Below, in pieces: positions 26,830 through 40,060 of a stretch of DNA of 64,000 bases. The notes beneath the pieces were generated by a model. That model was not told the origin of the DNA and made no database searches. It saw only the letters and a list, made by a program, of their open reading frames with translations. The translations under genes and the position numbers were made by a program. Numbering within the stretch: position 1 is the stretch's first letter; the number at the start of each line of letters is the position of its first letter. The DNA is from Octopus sinensis (Eukaryota), in NCBI RefSeq assembly GCF_006345805.1, contig NC_042997.1:124124001-124188000 (forward strand), written 5' to 3'.

Positions 26830-27710
26830 CTTTGACTCATCAATAAGTATTAGGGCTGTTGCTATAGTGACGAATCGGAAGCAGGTAGAGTGAAGCTGCT
26901 AGGCACAGACTGTCCTTGAACTTTGCTGTGTATGCGCACTAAGTTTTAACATTGAAGCTCACTTCCACTGTTTACAGCAGTGCTTGGAAGGAAGATGTGT
27001 ATGGTGTGATCGTCGTATTGATTATGACAGGGAAAGCTAACCAGAGAATCTGCATCAAATTTTGCCAAAAGCTTGGTGATACCCACTCAGAGGCCTACGC
27101 AAAGTTTTGAAAAATCTTTCATTGTACTCGACACAATCAAGGGGATCTTGTGCAACTGAAACCCGAGTGGATTTTTGCTCAGCTGAAAGCAGCTTTGGCA
27201 CAAACTTGGCGAACACGCGTCTCATACACACATCTTCAGTGATAGTGGACTGAACTGAACCGTAACGAATCTGCACATACTCTGATAACTCACGGATGGG
27301 GATTCAACGATTTTCTCCTCATAGCTGCACCCACATATGCGATATTTTTCTCAGTGCTGCTGGTTGCGGGTCTCCCAGAACGTTCGTCAATATCGACATA
27401 TTTTTGGCCATCTTGGAAATGAATGAACCACTTGTACACTTGTGTGCGGCTCATACACTCCTCTCCATACTCCTTCTGCAACTGAGCATGAATCACCATG
27501 ACAACTTTCTATGTCATGGTCAATGCAACGATCACGCACTACACACCTTCCTTCCAATCACTGCTGTAAACAGCGGAAGAAACCTAGTACGAGAAATACT
27601 AGTGCGCATCCACAGCAGAGTTGAAGGTCAATATTTGCTAATTGTCCTCACTCTGTGTGCTTTAGCTTCGTTACTATAGCAACAGGCTGATACTTATTGG
27701 TCAGACCTCG
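26830..27710 (-). mobile_element. Non-autonomous mariner derivative with ~206-bp terminal inverted arms (copy 1)
   Basis: TA flanks at 26828-29 and 27711-12. Arms 26830-27036 and 27505-27710. Minus-strand transposase N-terminus QKEYGEECMSRTQVYKWF..DIDERSGRP..RRVFAKFVPKLLS (ORFs 27290-27499 and 27055-27276). No DD34D catalytic part. Confidence 0.88.
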
Positions 27711-28664
27711 TACTCTTTGTTGCTCTTGTTGTCCTTCAACCTATTACAAATAGCCTAATCTCCATTATATGCCTCAAGGTATGTATGCCCTTGACGTTTT
27801 CTAAACGCTTTGAAAAATACATTTTTCAGTCCTTATTACTATAGTCTATAATCAAAAATATTCCATCCACCATTGTCTCCTCTCTTTGTAAAATGTTAAC
27901 TACCTTGCCAACTGCCCTGCTCCGGTTAAAATTTTGGATATTCCTTCAAGGAGTTAGGCTGGTGTTTCGAGGAAGTAATTTAAGATTTGGATAGGATCTA
28001 GTGATTGAATTTGCTTTCAACTTGTTTCAGAATTGATGAAATCGTTATAGTGCTGCGATAGACTTCATTCATATATTTCATAAACTTCTTACACAAGGAA
28101 ACTCTGTGATTACATTTATATCAATAAGTCTTTCATGTATTCGTGCGTTTAAATTAGTTATCTTTTAAGGCGAAGACAGATATGGCTATTATATTAATGG
28201 ATATTAACCGCATTGTAGTTCAAACTCCTCGTCTCTTACTCTTATTTTTACAAACGTTCTCTCTTCTTTCTTTCTCTTTAAATCACAAACTGAAAGATAC
28301 TACTTACTTCTCTTAGATTCCTTAATTATATCTAACATCAATTGGATGCTTTCCATTACGTTCACCTAGTCTTCGCAATGAGGTTTCCCTCTATATTTCT
28401 TTCTCTTTCACCACTTTACCTGTCTGTGTCTCTGTATAACAAAATCTTTGTCTCTCTTTCTTTCTTTCTTTCTCTCTTTCTCTCACACACCCTCTCTTTC
28501 TATCTCTCTCCTTCTCTCTTTCTACTTATCTTTCTTTGTCTCTGTCTCTCGTTCTTCCACTCTTCGCCCATCTCCTCTTTCCAGCCTTGCAGCTATCTCT
28601 CATTCAATCTTACATTCGTCTTATATTTATTCTCTGTCTATAACATAGTCCAATTTGTACTTAC

Positions 28665-28754
28665 ACCTCCATTTTCAGGTTCTGCATATCCCCCGGTATA
28701 TCGCATTGACGCTCTTCGAGCACGCTTTACATTTTTAGCTTTCTTCGCCATTTG
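28665..28754 (-). CDS. 90-nt exon of an unidentified host gene (QMAKKAKNVKRARRASMRYTGGYAEPENGG)
   Basis: Acceptor CTTCTTTTTTTCTCTATTTTCAG| and donor |GTAAGT on the minus strand. Length is a multiple of 3, the phase-0 frame is open, and the sequence is GC-richer than its flanks. Confidence 0.7.
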
Positions 28755-29093
28755 CTGAAAATAGAGAAAAAAAGAAGATAAAAGTTTAAGTACGTCAACA
28801 AGACTTGCAAACACTCCCACCTCTCTTTACTACAATCGTACCGTATGGTGCGTAACAATTGAGGAAACGTCCATTTCTGTACATACTCATTTTATCCCTC
28901 ACTGCAGGAATTACGTTCCCGTACAGAAAACTGAACCAAATAAAATTTTGTAAATGAATACCCAGCTGTAAGGAGGCTCCATTTTATCGGCAGCTACAAC
29001 ATTCGAAATGCTTGGTGAATGCTAAGAGTGAACCATACATTACCTGAGACAACATCAAATCCACTGGCTTACTTATCTGATACCATATTGTTT

Positions 29094-29392
29094 GTTCCTT
29101 CTAGAGCCACGCCTGGATCATAAGGGCCGGTTTCCCGGTTTCCTTGGCGCATAGGTTCCCCACCTGGACGGAACGCCGGTCCGTCGCAGGTGAGCTGCTA
29201 GATGCAGGAAGAAAGAGTGAGAGAAAGTTGTTGCGAAAGAGTCAGCAGAAGTTCGCCATTACCTCCTGCCGGAGCCGCGTGGAGCTTAGGTGTTTTCGCT
29301 CATAAACACACACATCACTCGGTCTGAGTTTCGAACCCGCGATCCCTCGACCGCGAGTCCGCTGCTCTAACTACTAGGACATGTGCCTCCAC
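29094..29392 (-). mobile_element. tRNA-derived SINE, family D
   Basis: Minus strand GTGGAGGCACATGTCCTAGTAGTTAGAGCAGCGGACTCGCGGTCGAGGGATCGCGGGTTCGAAACTC (A- and B-box tRNA-like head), then an unrelated body and tail GCGACGGACCGGCGTTCCGTCCAGGTGG..GAAGGAACAAAC. Confidence 0.75.
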
Positions 29393-30456
29393 GTTGATAC
29401 CATATTGAATAAGTCTAACGTAGTTTTTCGTTTAGTAGTTGATACACAAAAAAATAGTGATAGTTTACAAGACATTTATTGATAACAGAACAGGTGAAAT
29501 TAATTTTTGCAACACAATGATGATATCACACTATGAAAGAGTTCAGAAGATACATTTGATATATTTTTACTTGATAATTGCTCTGTAGAGAGTATTTATA
29601 CCACTTGTTATCGATATTTCATAATCTAAACCAATAGTTTAAATATTAGGCAATATATTTCCTTATAAATTCTGGACAAACATTCCCTTCCAAAGATTTA
29701 AAGGATTGTATCAGAAATTACAGGAATTCATAAATAGGTAGTTTCGTTTCTCTATCAAAGTTTTAATACCTCAATCTCACAGCTCACAGCTCAATTTTCA
29801 TGAAAATGTAATCTATTTTCTTATGGTTTCGAAATGACAGATATTTAAGGAAATTCCATTACATTCTTTCAAAAACTCCTACATGGATTTCATTTTACGA
29901 GTGGATATAGCAACAGCGGCATAATTTAAAACACACTACAATCTTCACGTATTATGTATCGTTTTGATTTTTCCTTCGGTCATTGGGAAGTTGTTTTGGC
30001 TATATTTGTGAGCTTTCTATTCACGTGCTATACAATAAAAGAAATCATCCGTTACTGAACTATTAATGACGGGTAGAAATAATAGAAATCATACGCTAAG
30101 TTGGATGGTGCATCACGTAATCAAATGAGCATATGAGACGCGATATGTAGGTGCTTGCTTATCGTTTGACAAACGAAAAGAGACAAGTGGATATGAGTAA
30201 GAGCAGGAAATAGCAACCATATGATTAAGATTTAAATGAGACTGTTAGAGCAAGTTCAAGGAGTAGAGATTTAAACAGCTTAACATATGGAAATTGATTT
30301 AATGTGAAAGAGAAAGCTCAAAAGAAGGCAACCTATGCAAGAGAAGAAAATAAGCATGAAAACACCAACGAAGGAAGGAAGAAAAGAAGAGAATGAAAGG
30401 GAAAGCGAATAAATGAATGAACGAGTGAAGAAAATATAGTAACAAATAAAGAAAAC

Positions 30457-30683
30457 AAGCTGACAGAAACGTTAGCACGCCGGGCGAAATACGTAGCAGT
30501 ATTTCGTCTGCCGCTACGTTCTGGGTTCAAATTCTGCCGAGGTCGACTTTGCCTTTCCACCTTTCAGAGTCAATAAATTAAGTACTAATTGCGCACCGGG
30601 TTCGATATAATCGACTTAATCCCTTTGTCTGTCATTGTTTGTCCCCTCTATTTTAGCCCCTTATGGGGTAATAAAGAAATAAG
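30457..30683 (+). mobile_element. SINE family A
   Basis: Colinear with 20492-20721. Confidence 0.88.
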
Positions 30684-31019
30684 AAAACGGCTGAATGAGG
30701 GAAGGAAAGACAGAAAGTGGGAAGTGGAAGTTAGAGAAAGGAAAGATCGAAAGAACGACAGAACTGAAAAAAAACTGGCAGAAATGACCAGGAACAAAGA
30801 GAGACCGAATTAATAAACAGATTTTCTTTATGTTAATGTGAGATTTGATGCGGTAACCTTGTAATAGTAGTAAGAGTGATCAATAAGAGAAAAGAATTAT
30901 TAATGGGGAGATAAGCAGTGCGTTTAAGATAAGCTTATATATTCCCCTTTATCTATGAATATCTACGTTTTACAGAATTTCATATCTCCTGAATTGGTTA
31001 TAATTGTTTCGCTGTATCC

Positions 31020-31225
31020 CGATGAGATGGCAGAATCGTGACATCGTCGCTATAAATACCTTGAAGTTGTTCTTTTGGCGTTTTAACTTTTGTGTTCATA
31101 TCCCTCCGAGTTCACATTTCCGTCCTCTAGGATCGATAAAATACACTACCATTCGAGTACTGGGATCAGTGGCATTAACAACAGCCGCCCAGTAAAATTT
31201 CAGGGTTTGTGCCTAAGTCAGAGAG
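31020..31225 (+). mobile_element. Old degenerate SINE family A copy
   Basis: GATGAGATGGCAGAATCGT..GAGTTCACATTTCC..GATCGATAAAATA..GTACTGGGATC..AATTTCAGGGTTTGTGCC resembles family A with the alternative tail. Confidence 0.5.
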
Positions 31226-32019
31226 CATGAATACGTTTTACTCAGAAGCTATTACATGCTAATTTAATTAGACGACATGTTATTCTGTGCTTTAGTAACG
31301 ACAAGTCTCAAAATCTCAAAGGTTTTTCTAAGGATACTTGCAGAATATATGATGGCACATTCTGAAGGTTGACTATACGTGTCTCAATTTAAAATTACTT
31401 CTCCTTCTTAGGCATCAGTTTGGCTGTTGTGCCAAGGAAACGATCAGTTACTACAGGAATAATTGTAACCTATGTCCTCCAAAATCCCTGCAGGTCTTCA
31501 GCTCGGTACTACCATTTCTCAGCATTTTTTTCGGCTACTTTGCTATTTATTTTCTATCATATAGTACTGCAAAGCCCATCATCTTATCTTTTATTTTTAT
31601 TTCCATCACCGATCATATTGAGGCTTTTAGCCTCAATAGAATGGTTTGCCTTAACGAGAAAATCCCATAAAATCATGCAATAATAATTCTTTATTATAGC
31701 CTCTGGGTCGTTTCCCAACTACTTTCCTGAAACTTTGATTCCGCACATTCGGCTTACCTTTCAAAGTACACTTCTACCACCACGGGCTTTGCATTCGTTC
31801 CCTAAGTTTTATCAGGCATTTTGCTTATTAGCCTCACTCTTATGTCTTGTTCATGAGCGGCTGTAATTAGCGATTCAGTTTTCTTTTATATGTATTTATT
31901 TGTCTTTCGTTTTTATGTTTCTAGCTTCCAGCCATAACCAGCGTTCATTTTATTTCAACGTTCTTTTACTTACGTTATATATTCTTATTCTTCGTATTAT
32001 TATTCCTGTTCATAAAGAA

Positions 32020-32097
<78 letters not shown>

Positions 32098-32469
32098 TAA
32101 AACGATCTTATGTCGTCTTCAGGGAAAGTTAATTTAATTTTTCTGCTTCAGAGAGAGGATTATTTTTACTATTTTCAAGTGACTGTCTACTATATACATG
32201 AAATTTCATTGTCTCTGACTAAAACGGTGTTCTCAACATAGAAACACTTAATTTTTATTGAAGTGTTATATTAAGAATGAACAGCTGGATCTCAGAGAAT
32301 GGGATCTGAGCTATTATACATGTTCTAAGAACATATGAATTACTTGAGTAGGTACTTTATACAAAAATGCGTAACAAGGAACTGTTCGAGTACGATATAT
32401 TTGTGGACATTGTAGAAATTAGCTTATCCAGTGTTCTGATTCGTTCTTACTTTCTTGAGGCGCAATCTA

Positions 32470-32765
32470 CTTTAGTGAACATTTTTCTGGTTGAAATACA
32501 CCGAGAAATGGCGACACAGCAGTAAAAAAAATCGTAAAAAATACGGATTTTCATAGAAAAAAAGCACCTTTTTGATGTATATAATTTTTGGTGTTAACAT
32601 GGTTCGATTTGAATTGTTTCGTTTACAGAATGAAGAGCAAGCCTTCGTCTATCATACTCTCAATTTTAGTCAACTTGCGCCGCAGTGTCTCGGAGTAGAT
32701 AGTGTTAGTTGAAGGCAACCAAACCTGCCATACACAGACAACTTCAGGTTTATATAGAGAGAGAT
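32470..32765 (+). mobile_element. Possible non-autonomous Helitron-like repeat
   Basis: Ends ACACAGACAACTTCAGGTTTATATAGAGA, similar to the ACAGACA..CTT..TTTATATATATAGA 3' ends of Helitron/Helentron-like elements. Recognition is from memory only. Confidence 0.3.
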
Positions 32766-33888
32766 TAAGTAGGATTAATCAAGAACGACGCTATAAATGA
32801 GAACGTCTAGACTCGAAAATTCAAGTCTTGATACGATACAGCACATGGGAACTATATCACATATCATAAATATATGACCGTTGTAAATAAAACTCCTCTT
32901 TTGTTATTTTCTCCATTCCGTTATGATAGCTTATAATAACATTCACGATTTCATATATAACATTTTGGTTGACGAATATTCGTGCAACAAACACGTGATA
33001 AATTATGTGTAATTCCATACATTATATCAATGGCGATATTCTATACACCTGAATTTTCACCCTTTATTGTATATTGATAAATGAAATAGAAATTTTTGTT
33101 CTCTATTATAATATGAAAATACCTTCATACATTGCTTTAGTATTCAACAGCTCCAAGGGGATTTGCAAATAATAAGTAAACAGTCATTAATTCAAGAAAT
33201 GAATTATTTACGCACCTATTCCTAATAAAAGCTATTAGAGTAGATAATTGTGATTCATGTATGGCTATTGTTCACATTTCTGCGATGTTTGAATATTGCT
33301 ATTGCAATATCTCTTTACATAATGGTTGGAAAATTACTCAGGAAAATTACTTTGACCTTTCCAAATGACAAAATAAAGTGAATATATGTTACTAATTTAT
33401 TGAATTATACGTCATTTAGCAGGTGGTTTTCATAAAGAGAATCGTTAGAAACCAGTGTTACATTACATTCCTGAGAAGATGGCCTATTATCAAGAATACC
33501 GACTTTGCACTTTTAGTTCATTGCAAACAAATACAGAGAAATATATGTAAAACATACATTATAAACGTGGTTGTTAATGATTCATATAGTCAAGGAAATG
33601 CGTAAAAGATAGCATAAGTGTTACATGGAAAGATAATTGCGAAAGATTTTACCCAAAGTATGATGATATATCAAAACCTACTAACAGAGCAAAGTGAATA
33701 TGGAACACTTATTTCTATAGACACAAGGCCTGCAATTTTGAGAAGAGACAGTTAACAGATAACATCAACAATATCAATTGGTTGGTATTTAAAAGAAAAA
33801 AAAGTTCCTTCCAGAATATAAACCCACTATTATTATTACATAGGGCTTCATACTTGTAAATGCATTAGTGGTATTTCGTTTGTCTTTA

Positions 33889-34369
33889 GGGAGATAGCAG
33901 TATCGTTAGTACGGTGGGCAAAATGTTTAGCGGAATTTCGTTCGTTTTTGCGTTCCGAGTTCAAATTCTGTGGAAGTCAACTTTGTTTTTCATTCTTTCG
34001 GGGGTCATTAAAAATAAATACTTGATGAAAACTAGAGTTGATGTAATCGGCTTACTCTCTCTCTTAAAAACTTGCTCGCATTGTGCCAAACATTGAAACA
34101 AGTAAGTTCAAAATTGCTTAGCGGCATATCGTACGTCTTTATGTACTGAGTTCAAATTCCGACAAGGATGACTCTAACTTTCATCCTTTTCAGTTACACA
34201 CTTGATTAGATGTAATAGACTAGTTGCTTCCGGCAAATTTCAAGCCGTGCCTACAGTAGGAAGTATTATTAGTAGTAGTACTACTACTACTACTACTACT
34301 ACTGTTGTTGTTGTTGTTGTTGTTGCTGCTGTTGCTGCTGTTGTTGTTGTTGTTAGTAGTAGTAGTAGT

Positions 34370-34423
<54 letters not shown>

Positions 34424-34630
34424 CTGATCGCTACTACTACTACTACTACTGCTACTACTACTATTACCACTACTACCACTGCTATTGTCCTTATTACTTT
34501 AGAACGCAGAACTGTTGTGTTTGACCTCTCCTTTCGGAACCGATACAATAAGTATTAATCAAGTACTGGAGTCGATATAATGGACTTGCCTCTCTCTTTT
34601 AAAATTGCTGGCCTCGTGCCAACATTAGTA
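33889..34630 (+). mobile_element. Two degenerate SINE family A copies (33889-34098; 34107-34630, the second split by a (GTA)/(GTT) microsatellite island at 34268-34480)
   Basis: GTTCCGAGTTCAAATTC and GTACTGAGTTCAAATTCC B-box-like cores. Tail GTACTGGAGTCGAT..AAAATTGCTGGCCTCGTGCC resumes at ~34560. Confidence 0.6.
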
Positions 34631-34838
34631 AAATTTATTATCTTTATTATTTTATTTCTTGCCTAAATAATACGTGTAAAGTAAAAAGTCTGCTTCCTTT
34701 TATCGCGGAACAAATATTTTAATTGTAGCTGTAAATTTGACTTAAGCCTTAGTAATAATTTGGAGCTGCAAATAAACTACAATTATATATCCTGTGTGTC
34801 GGATGAGACAATATCGATAAGTGTCAATATAGGGTGAT

Positions 34839-35224
34839 ATTTATTTCTTTATTGCCCACAAGGGTCTAATCATAGAGGGGGACAAACAAAGACACAAACA
34901 GACCCCAGTGCGTAACTGGTACTTATTTAATCGACCCCGAAAGGATGAAAGGCAAAGTCGACCTCGGCGGAATTTGAACTCAGAACGTGGCGGCAGACGA
35001 AATACCTATTTCTTTACTACCCACAAGGAGCTAAACACAGAGAGGACAAACAAGGACTGACAAACGGATTAAGTCGATTATATCGACTCCAGTGCATAAC
35101 TGGTACTTATTGAAAGGCAAAGTCGACCTCGGCGGAATTTGAACTCAGAACGTAACGGCAGACGAAATACTGCTAAACATTTCGCCCGGCATGCTAACGT
35201 TTCTGCCAGCTAGCTCGCCACCTT
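34839..35224 (-). mobile_element. SINE family A tandem dimer (full copy followed by a 5'-truncated copy)
   Basis: GGCAAAGTCGACCTCGGCGGAATTTGAACTCAGAACGT occurs twice (34951 and 35117). Junction GAAATACC|TATTTCTTTACTACCCACAAGG at ~35006. Confidence 0.85.
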
Positions 35225-35512
35225 ATTGATAGTGATACGTATTGAACACATCTTATTGATTACATACTTATTGATTACATAGGGTGATAATTATTGAACA
35301 CATCTACTTCGAGAAAGAGAGAGCATTGGAAAAATGTTTACGATGGTAATATTGTGCGAGAAACGATATGGATGATGAGAAGAGATTATCCAGGTGGCAA
35401 ACATAGCTTGCAAATTAAGAATAACAGGGCATGCACGGAGTATATAGTGCACGCTGATTTTTTATGTTTGAGATTAAGAATGCACTTTCATATACGTAAC
35501 TCGCATCGCCAC

Positions 35513-35724
35513 ATACTTTTACTTACATTTACATTTTATTGTTTCAATCATGTGACTGTGGCCATGCTGGAGCACCGCCTTTTTTAGTCGAGCAAATCGA
35601 CCCCAGAACTTATTCTTTGTAAGCCTAGTACTTATTCTATCGGTCTCTTTTGCAGAATCGCTAAGTTACGGGGACGTAAACACACAGGCATCGTTTGTCA
35701 AGCGACGTTGGGGGATAAACGCAG

Positions 35725-35771
<47 letters not shown>

Positions 35772-35903
35772 CATACAACGGGCTTCTTTCAGTTTCCGTC
35801 TACGAAATCCACTCATAAGGTTTGGTCGGCCCGAGTCTATAGTAGAAGACACTTCCCCAAGGTGTCACGCAGTGGGACCGAACCCGCAACCAAGTGGTTG
35901 GGA
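35513..35903 (-). mobile_element. SINE family B
   Basis: Colinear with 24412-24800. Confidence 0.85.
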
Positions 35904-37294
35904 TTAATTCAGAAATAGGCCCAGATACTATATACTTTATAGATGATCAGCTGTTCTATTCTTCAAATGTGCAAGAGACTCTGGTACAAGAAGTACTTGG
36001 GAAGAATATTCTCAAATTTTCCTGCAGTTATTAAAACAATCAATATAAATTATACGATTCATTGTTCTCTTACTGTTTTAAAGTCTAGCTCAATAATGGA
36101 CGCTGCTATTTTGGAGATAAGTCAAAATATATTTGTAAGATAAACACTCTTATCGCTTGTCATTTATCTAATTGTCAAAATGACAATACGATAGTTGATT
36201 ATATTAATAATTGTGAATGATACTATTCACAACTTATTTCAGTTATAATTAGAAATTGTTACTTACACAATGACAGTAATACACCTAGATCAAGATATGA
36301 GAAAAATATTACATTTCAAGTGCAAAATGTTGCTAAAAGTGTTACGGCCCTTATACTTATACAATTAATGATGATGCATCCAAATAAAGGAAATTACCTG
36401 TCATTTAAGAACATATACATTGATAACGAATGTAGCAGGAGAGATAACCAAACTGAAGATTGTTTTCCAGGTTCAAAGATATGGTGTCTTAGAGAGATGG
36501 TTCATTTAATCTGAAAACAATTGCTATTGTGACTGAGTTTATATTTAAATCTTTAAATTCACAAAAATGCCTCGCCAATAATACACAGCATACCAATGTA
36601 TATATCTATTAGTCTATCTTTATGCATTTGTGTGTGTTGATTTATATGTCTCACAATAATGTTTTTTTTTTTTGTTTGATGTGGACGACATCAAAGCTGA
36701 TTCCTTTCTATAAAGTAGTAAAGGTCACTTAAAGTTTGATTGATGAAACGCGATACATGATCTCGACTGTCAGAAATATAATCCATGAATCACAAGAAAT
36801 GCTTTGAGTAAAGAAGTTAAAGAACGTTTATATAAACGTGTGTATGTCTGTATGTGTGTGTATGTTTGTATGTGCGTGTGTTTATGTTTGTGTCTGTGTG
36901 TGTGTGAGTGCTTGTGTATCTATATATATATATATATATGGGGGGTGTATCTAGTGGTAGTGTTGGTAGTGATGATCGTGGGGTCATTAACTCCTGATGG
37001 AATCGTAGTTGCGCTGACGTGATATACTACGTGTCATGGACTTTTTAAACCTGGCGTATCCCCGCTTCCCACGCCGCATCTTGCTCTCTCTCTCCCCCTC
37101 TCTCTCTTTCTCCCTCTCTCCCTCTATATATGTGCGTGAGTATGGAGAGAACGACACACAGACAGAGCGAAAGAGACACAGGGACATATTGCAACCAGCT
37201 GGAGCGACATCTATGTTTATGTTTACCATGACTAATTAGACGGCAATCAGCAGGAAAGATAAAAACAGTAATTAAAATATAAATATTGGTGTAT

Positions 37295-37525
37295 CTTTTT
37301 TCTTTTATTCTTTTATTCTTAAACTTTTTTCAGTCATTTGACTACGGCCATGTTGGAGCACAGCCTTAAAAGTTTTTTTTTTTTTGAAAGAAATTGACCC
37401 CAGGCCTTATTCTTTGTAAGCCTAGTATTTCTTCTATTGGTTTCTTTTGCTGAAGCATTAACTTACGGGGGATGTAAACACACCAGCATCGGTTGTCAAG
37501 CGATGATGTGGAGACAAACACAGAT
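37295..37525 (-). mobile_element. SINE family B, 3' half
   Basis: CAGTCATTTGACTACGGCCATGTTGGAGCAC..TTATTCTTTGTAAGCCTAGT..CGGTTGTCAAGCGATG. Confidence 0.75.
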
Positions 37526-38774
37526 ATTTATCTTGCTCGAAAAGTGTTGCATGATTTTTACAGCTCTGTATTTAGTGTATTATTTTTAGTGTGCATACAT
37601 ACATGCACACAGACACACACACAGCCACACGTTTAATAACTGTATATGTTTATATGTATAGATATATATATATATACTTTTGTGTATATATGTGTGTAAT
37701 CGAGCATATGTGTATGCCTATGCATCTGTACGAGCGCGTGGAAAATAAACACGCACGTATACACCCATTGTTTTAATTTTTTCTTTTTTAGACTTATTGT
37801 TTAAAAGTTTTATTTAAAACATTACATAAATAGTAACGTAATTTCATGACTTCGCACGCATGAAGTTTAAGACATTTGTAATATTACTATCATGCCAGAA
37901 ATGAAATCAAAAACATGAGCTTGAGGCAGTCGGTTTCTTTTTTTTTTTTTTTTTGCACGTATCCTTCGCAAAGATTGATGAGCAAAAGAACACAAGGATA
38001 AGAATTTCTTTTTCAAATTTTCATTTCATTTATAAAAAAGATATTCAAAGAATGAAAATTTCAACAGGTGAACAAGGTTGGTTTTCTAACTGATGATCAG
38101 TAAAGAGTAAATCTGACAAGTGGAATTCAGAGGCTTTCAGGTATTTTATATTAAGGAAAATTCTACATTTATATAGGATCCTGTACTGTAATGCGTCTGA
38201 TGAATCAACAGAGATTTATTTTTACTTCCCTATGTATGTTGTTATGCTCCTATGTGAATCTCTTTCAAGGATATTGACGCAGTGTGGGGCGTTATAAAAA
38301 GACGACCACGTTAAGTTTGATATAAAAATTGGCTTTTGACACAACTACTACATCGGTCGCTAATTCATTTTACTTAAGCCTACGAGCCTGAAAAGATGCT
38401 GATATTATATATATCATAACAGTGAGAAATGACTGGCATGTGATGACCGGACACGTTCCACTGATCTTTTCCATTAGGGTGAAATCATCTTATATGGGAT
38501 TTCTGGCCTCAATGACAGACGATTAACGTCTTCTACGATGTATATCTGCTTTCGTTCATGAAACGTTTATATGAGAGGATTTCTAAAGGCTGATAAGGCA
38601 GAATTCGGTGTTCTCAAATGGCATGCTTGTTATATAGGATATATGGATTTTCTTCTGGTAGCAATATTGACTCTCCTAGTAATAATATATCATTTTTTTC
38701 CTTTATATGTTTTAGCCCAATGGCTGTGACCATGCTAGAGCACCACCAGTACATGTGTATGTAGGTACACCTGC

Positions 38775-39155
38775 AAATTTGCATCTGTTCTTTTTTAATT
38801 ATTACAAATCTTCCACAGAGCGGGGAGACAGTTTCGAATTGAAATACAAGGCCCCATCTTTGGGATGTAGTTAACACAGATCAATTCACATTTGGAACTT
38901 GAGAAAAGTGCTGCAAATTTTTTATGTTCCACTCAGAGACTGCATTTGTAAAGTACGAATTAGCCGATCGATACTTCTTTCTGAAAATCCCAGTTTATCC
39001 AGAATCTCATTTAAACATTTACTGAGAAAACCTGGTGCTCCAATAATTATTGGTGTGGATATGAATTCATAGTCTGGATATAGAAGCTGGAGGTTTCGAA
39101 GTAGTTGTCCATAGATAATCTTTTTTTCTTTGATTTTTCAAAGAGATATTCGCAC
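38775..39155 (-). mobile_element. 3' end of an RLE-type LINE (same family as 42560-43315)
   Basis: Reverse complement contains CTCCAGCTTCTATATCCAGACTATGAATTCATAT and AAGTTCCAAATGTGAATTGATCTGTGTTAACTAC, matching 43015-43050 and 43196-43229. Confidence 0.8.
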
Positions 39156-39162
39156 GTGTACA

Positions 39163-39332
39163 TGTATGTATGTATGTATGTATGTATGTATGTATGTATG
39201 TATGTATGTATGTATGTATGTATGTATGTATGTATGTTTGTATGTATGTATGTATGTATGTATGTACGTACGTACGTATGTATGTATGTATGTATGTATG
39301 TATGTATGTATGCATGCATGAATGTATGTATG

Positions 39333-39364
<32 letters not shown>

Positions 39365-39365
39365 T
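39163..39365 (+). repeat. (TATG)n tetranucleotide microsatellite
   Basis: Near-perfect TATG run. Related TACA/TATG tracts at 17945-18025, 42475-42555 and 56645-56720. Confidence 0.95.
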
Positions 39366-39661
39366 GATTCTACGACTTCAAATTGAGTTAAAGTGTTAGG
39401 TTTTATACCTACTAGTGAAAGGAAGAAGATAAAATAACATTTCTGTTGCCACTGTATTTCTAAATAAAAGCGATTTGTATTCAAATCTGTGGGTCACAGC
39501 AAAACCATTGCAATGGCCCTATGTTTTATCAGATGTGTGGTCCGTCTGTTCAGCTCAAAGATGCAGTTTAGTACGTCGTCATATACAAAGATATTTACAG
39601 ACGCATGGATGAGAATATAATCATCCATGATATATAAACCTAGCTAAACGTACATATCTAC

Positions 39662-40060
39662 TCGCATACTGCATGTTCTTATAGACAACTAGCAGCTAAG
39701 CCCAGTTTCACCCGGTCTGTTTGGATGATGTGGCTGTGATCGTTTTCGGTTAGGCATAATCTATAACAGCGTTTGTCAACCTTATCATTTCGGGTCCCTT
39801 GTTTCGATTGGAGCCTCTGGCTATATGAAACTTTCCTGACCCTACCCCGTCAGAAAACAGCTCCTAAGCAACTGGTTGTTTTAATGGCAGAGGAAGAGGT
39901 AAATTCCATTAGAAATGTTTTAATCGATTTTCTCGGTAAGTATGGGGGTTAGGAAAAAAATACAAACTGCATTCCAATATATGCACCTGTCTCCACAGGT
40001 GTACCATTTTTCACGCGAATCCATCCAGCCGTTTGGCTGTTAACCTTTTCCCTTGTTGTT
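39662..40060 (+). mobile_element. Non-autonomous Helitron-like element (Lep1-like termini)
   Basis: Starts ACTAGCAGCTAAGCCCAGTTTCACCCGG and contains TTTCACGCGAATCCATCCAGCCGTTTGG near the end, resembling ACTAGC..GCCCG..TTCG..CG and TTTCA...AATCCG..CAGCCGTT motifs of Lep1-type elements. Confidence 0.45.

Noticed and set aside
31759-31860. Minus-strand exon candidate ending at AAG|GTAAGC
   Set aside because: Stops in all three frames and a purine-rich acceptor. Could only be non-coding, and there is no support.
36398-36510. Minus-strand exon candidate (TTTTCAG ... CAG|GTAATT)
   Set aside because: Stops in all three frames.
36990-37250. CpG-richer patch with TGACGTGA (CRE-like) and CT-rich tract, possible promoter
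   Set aside because: Short motifs are expected by chance, and there is no associated exon or start site evidence.
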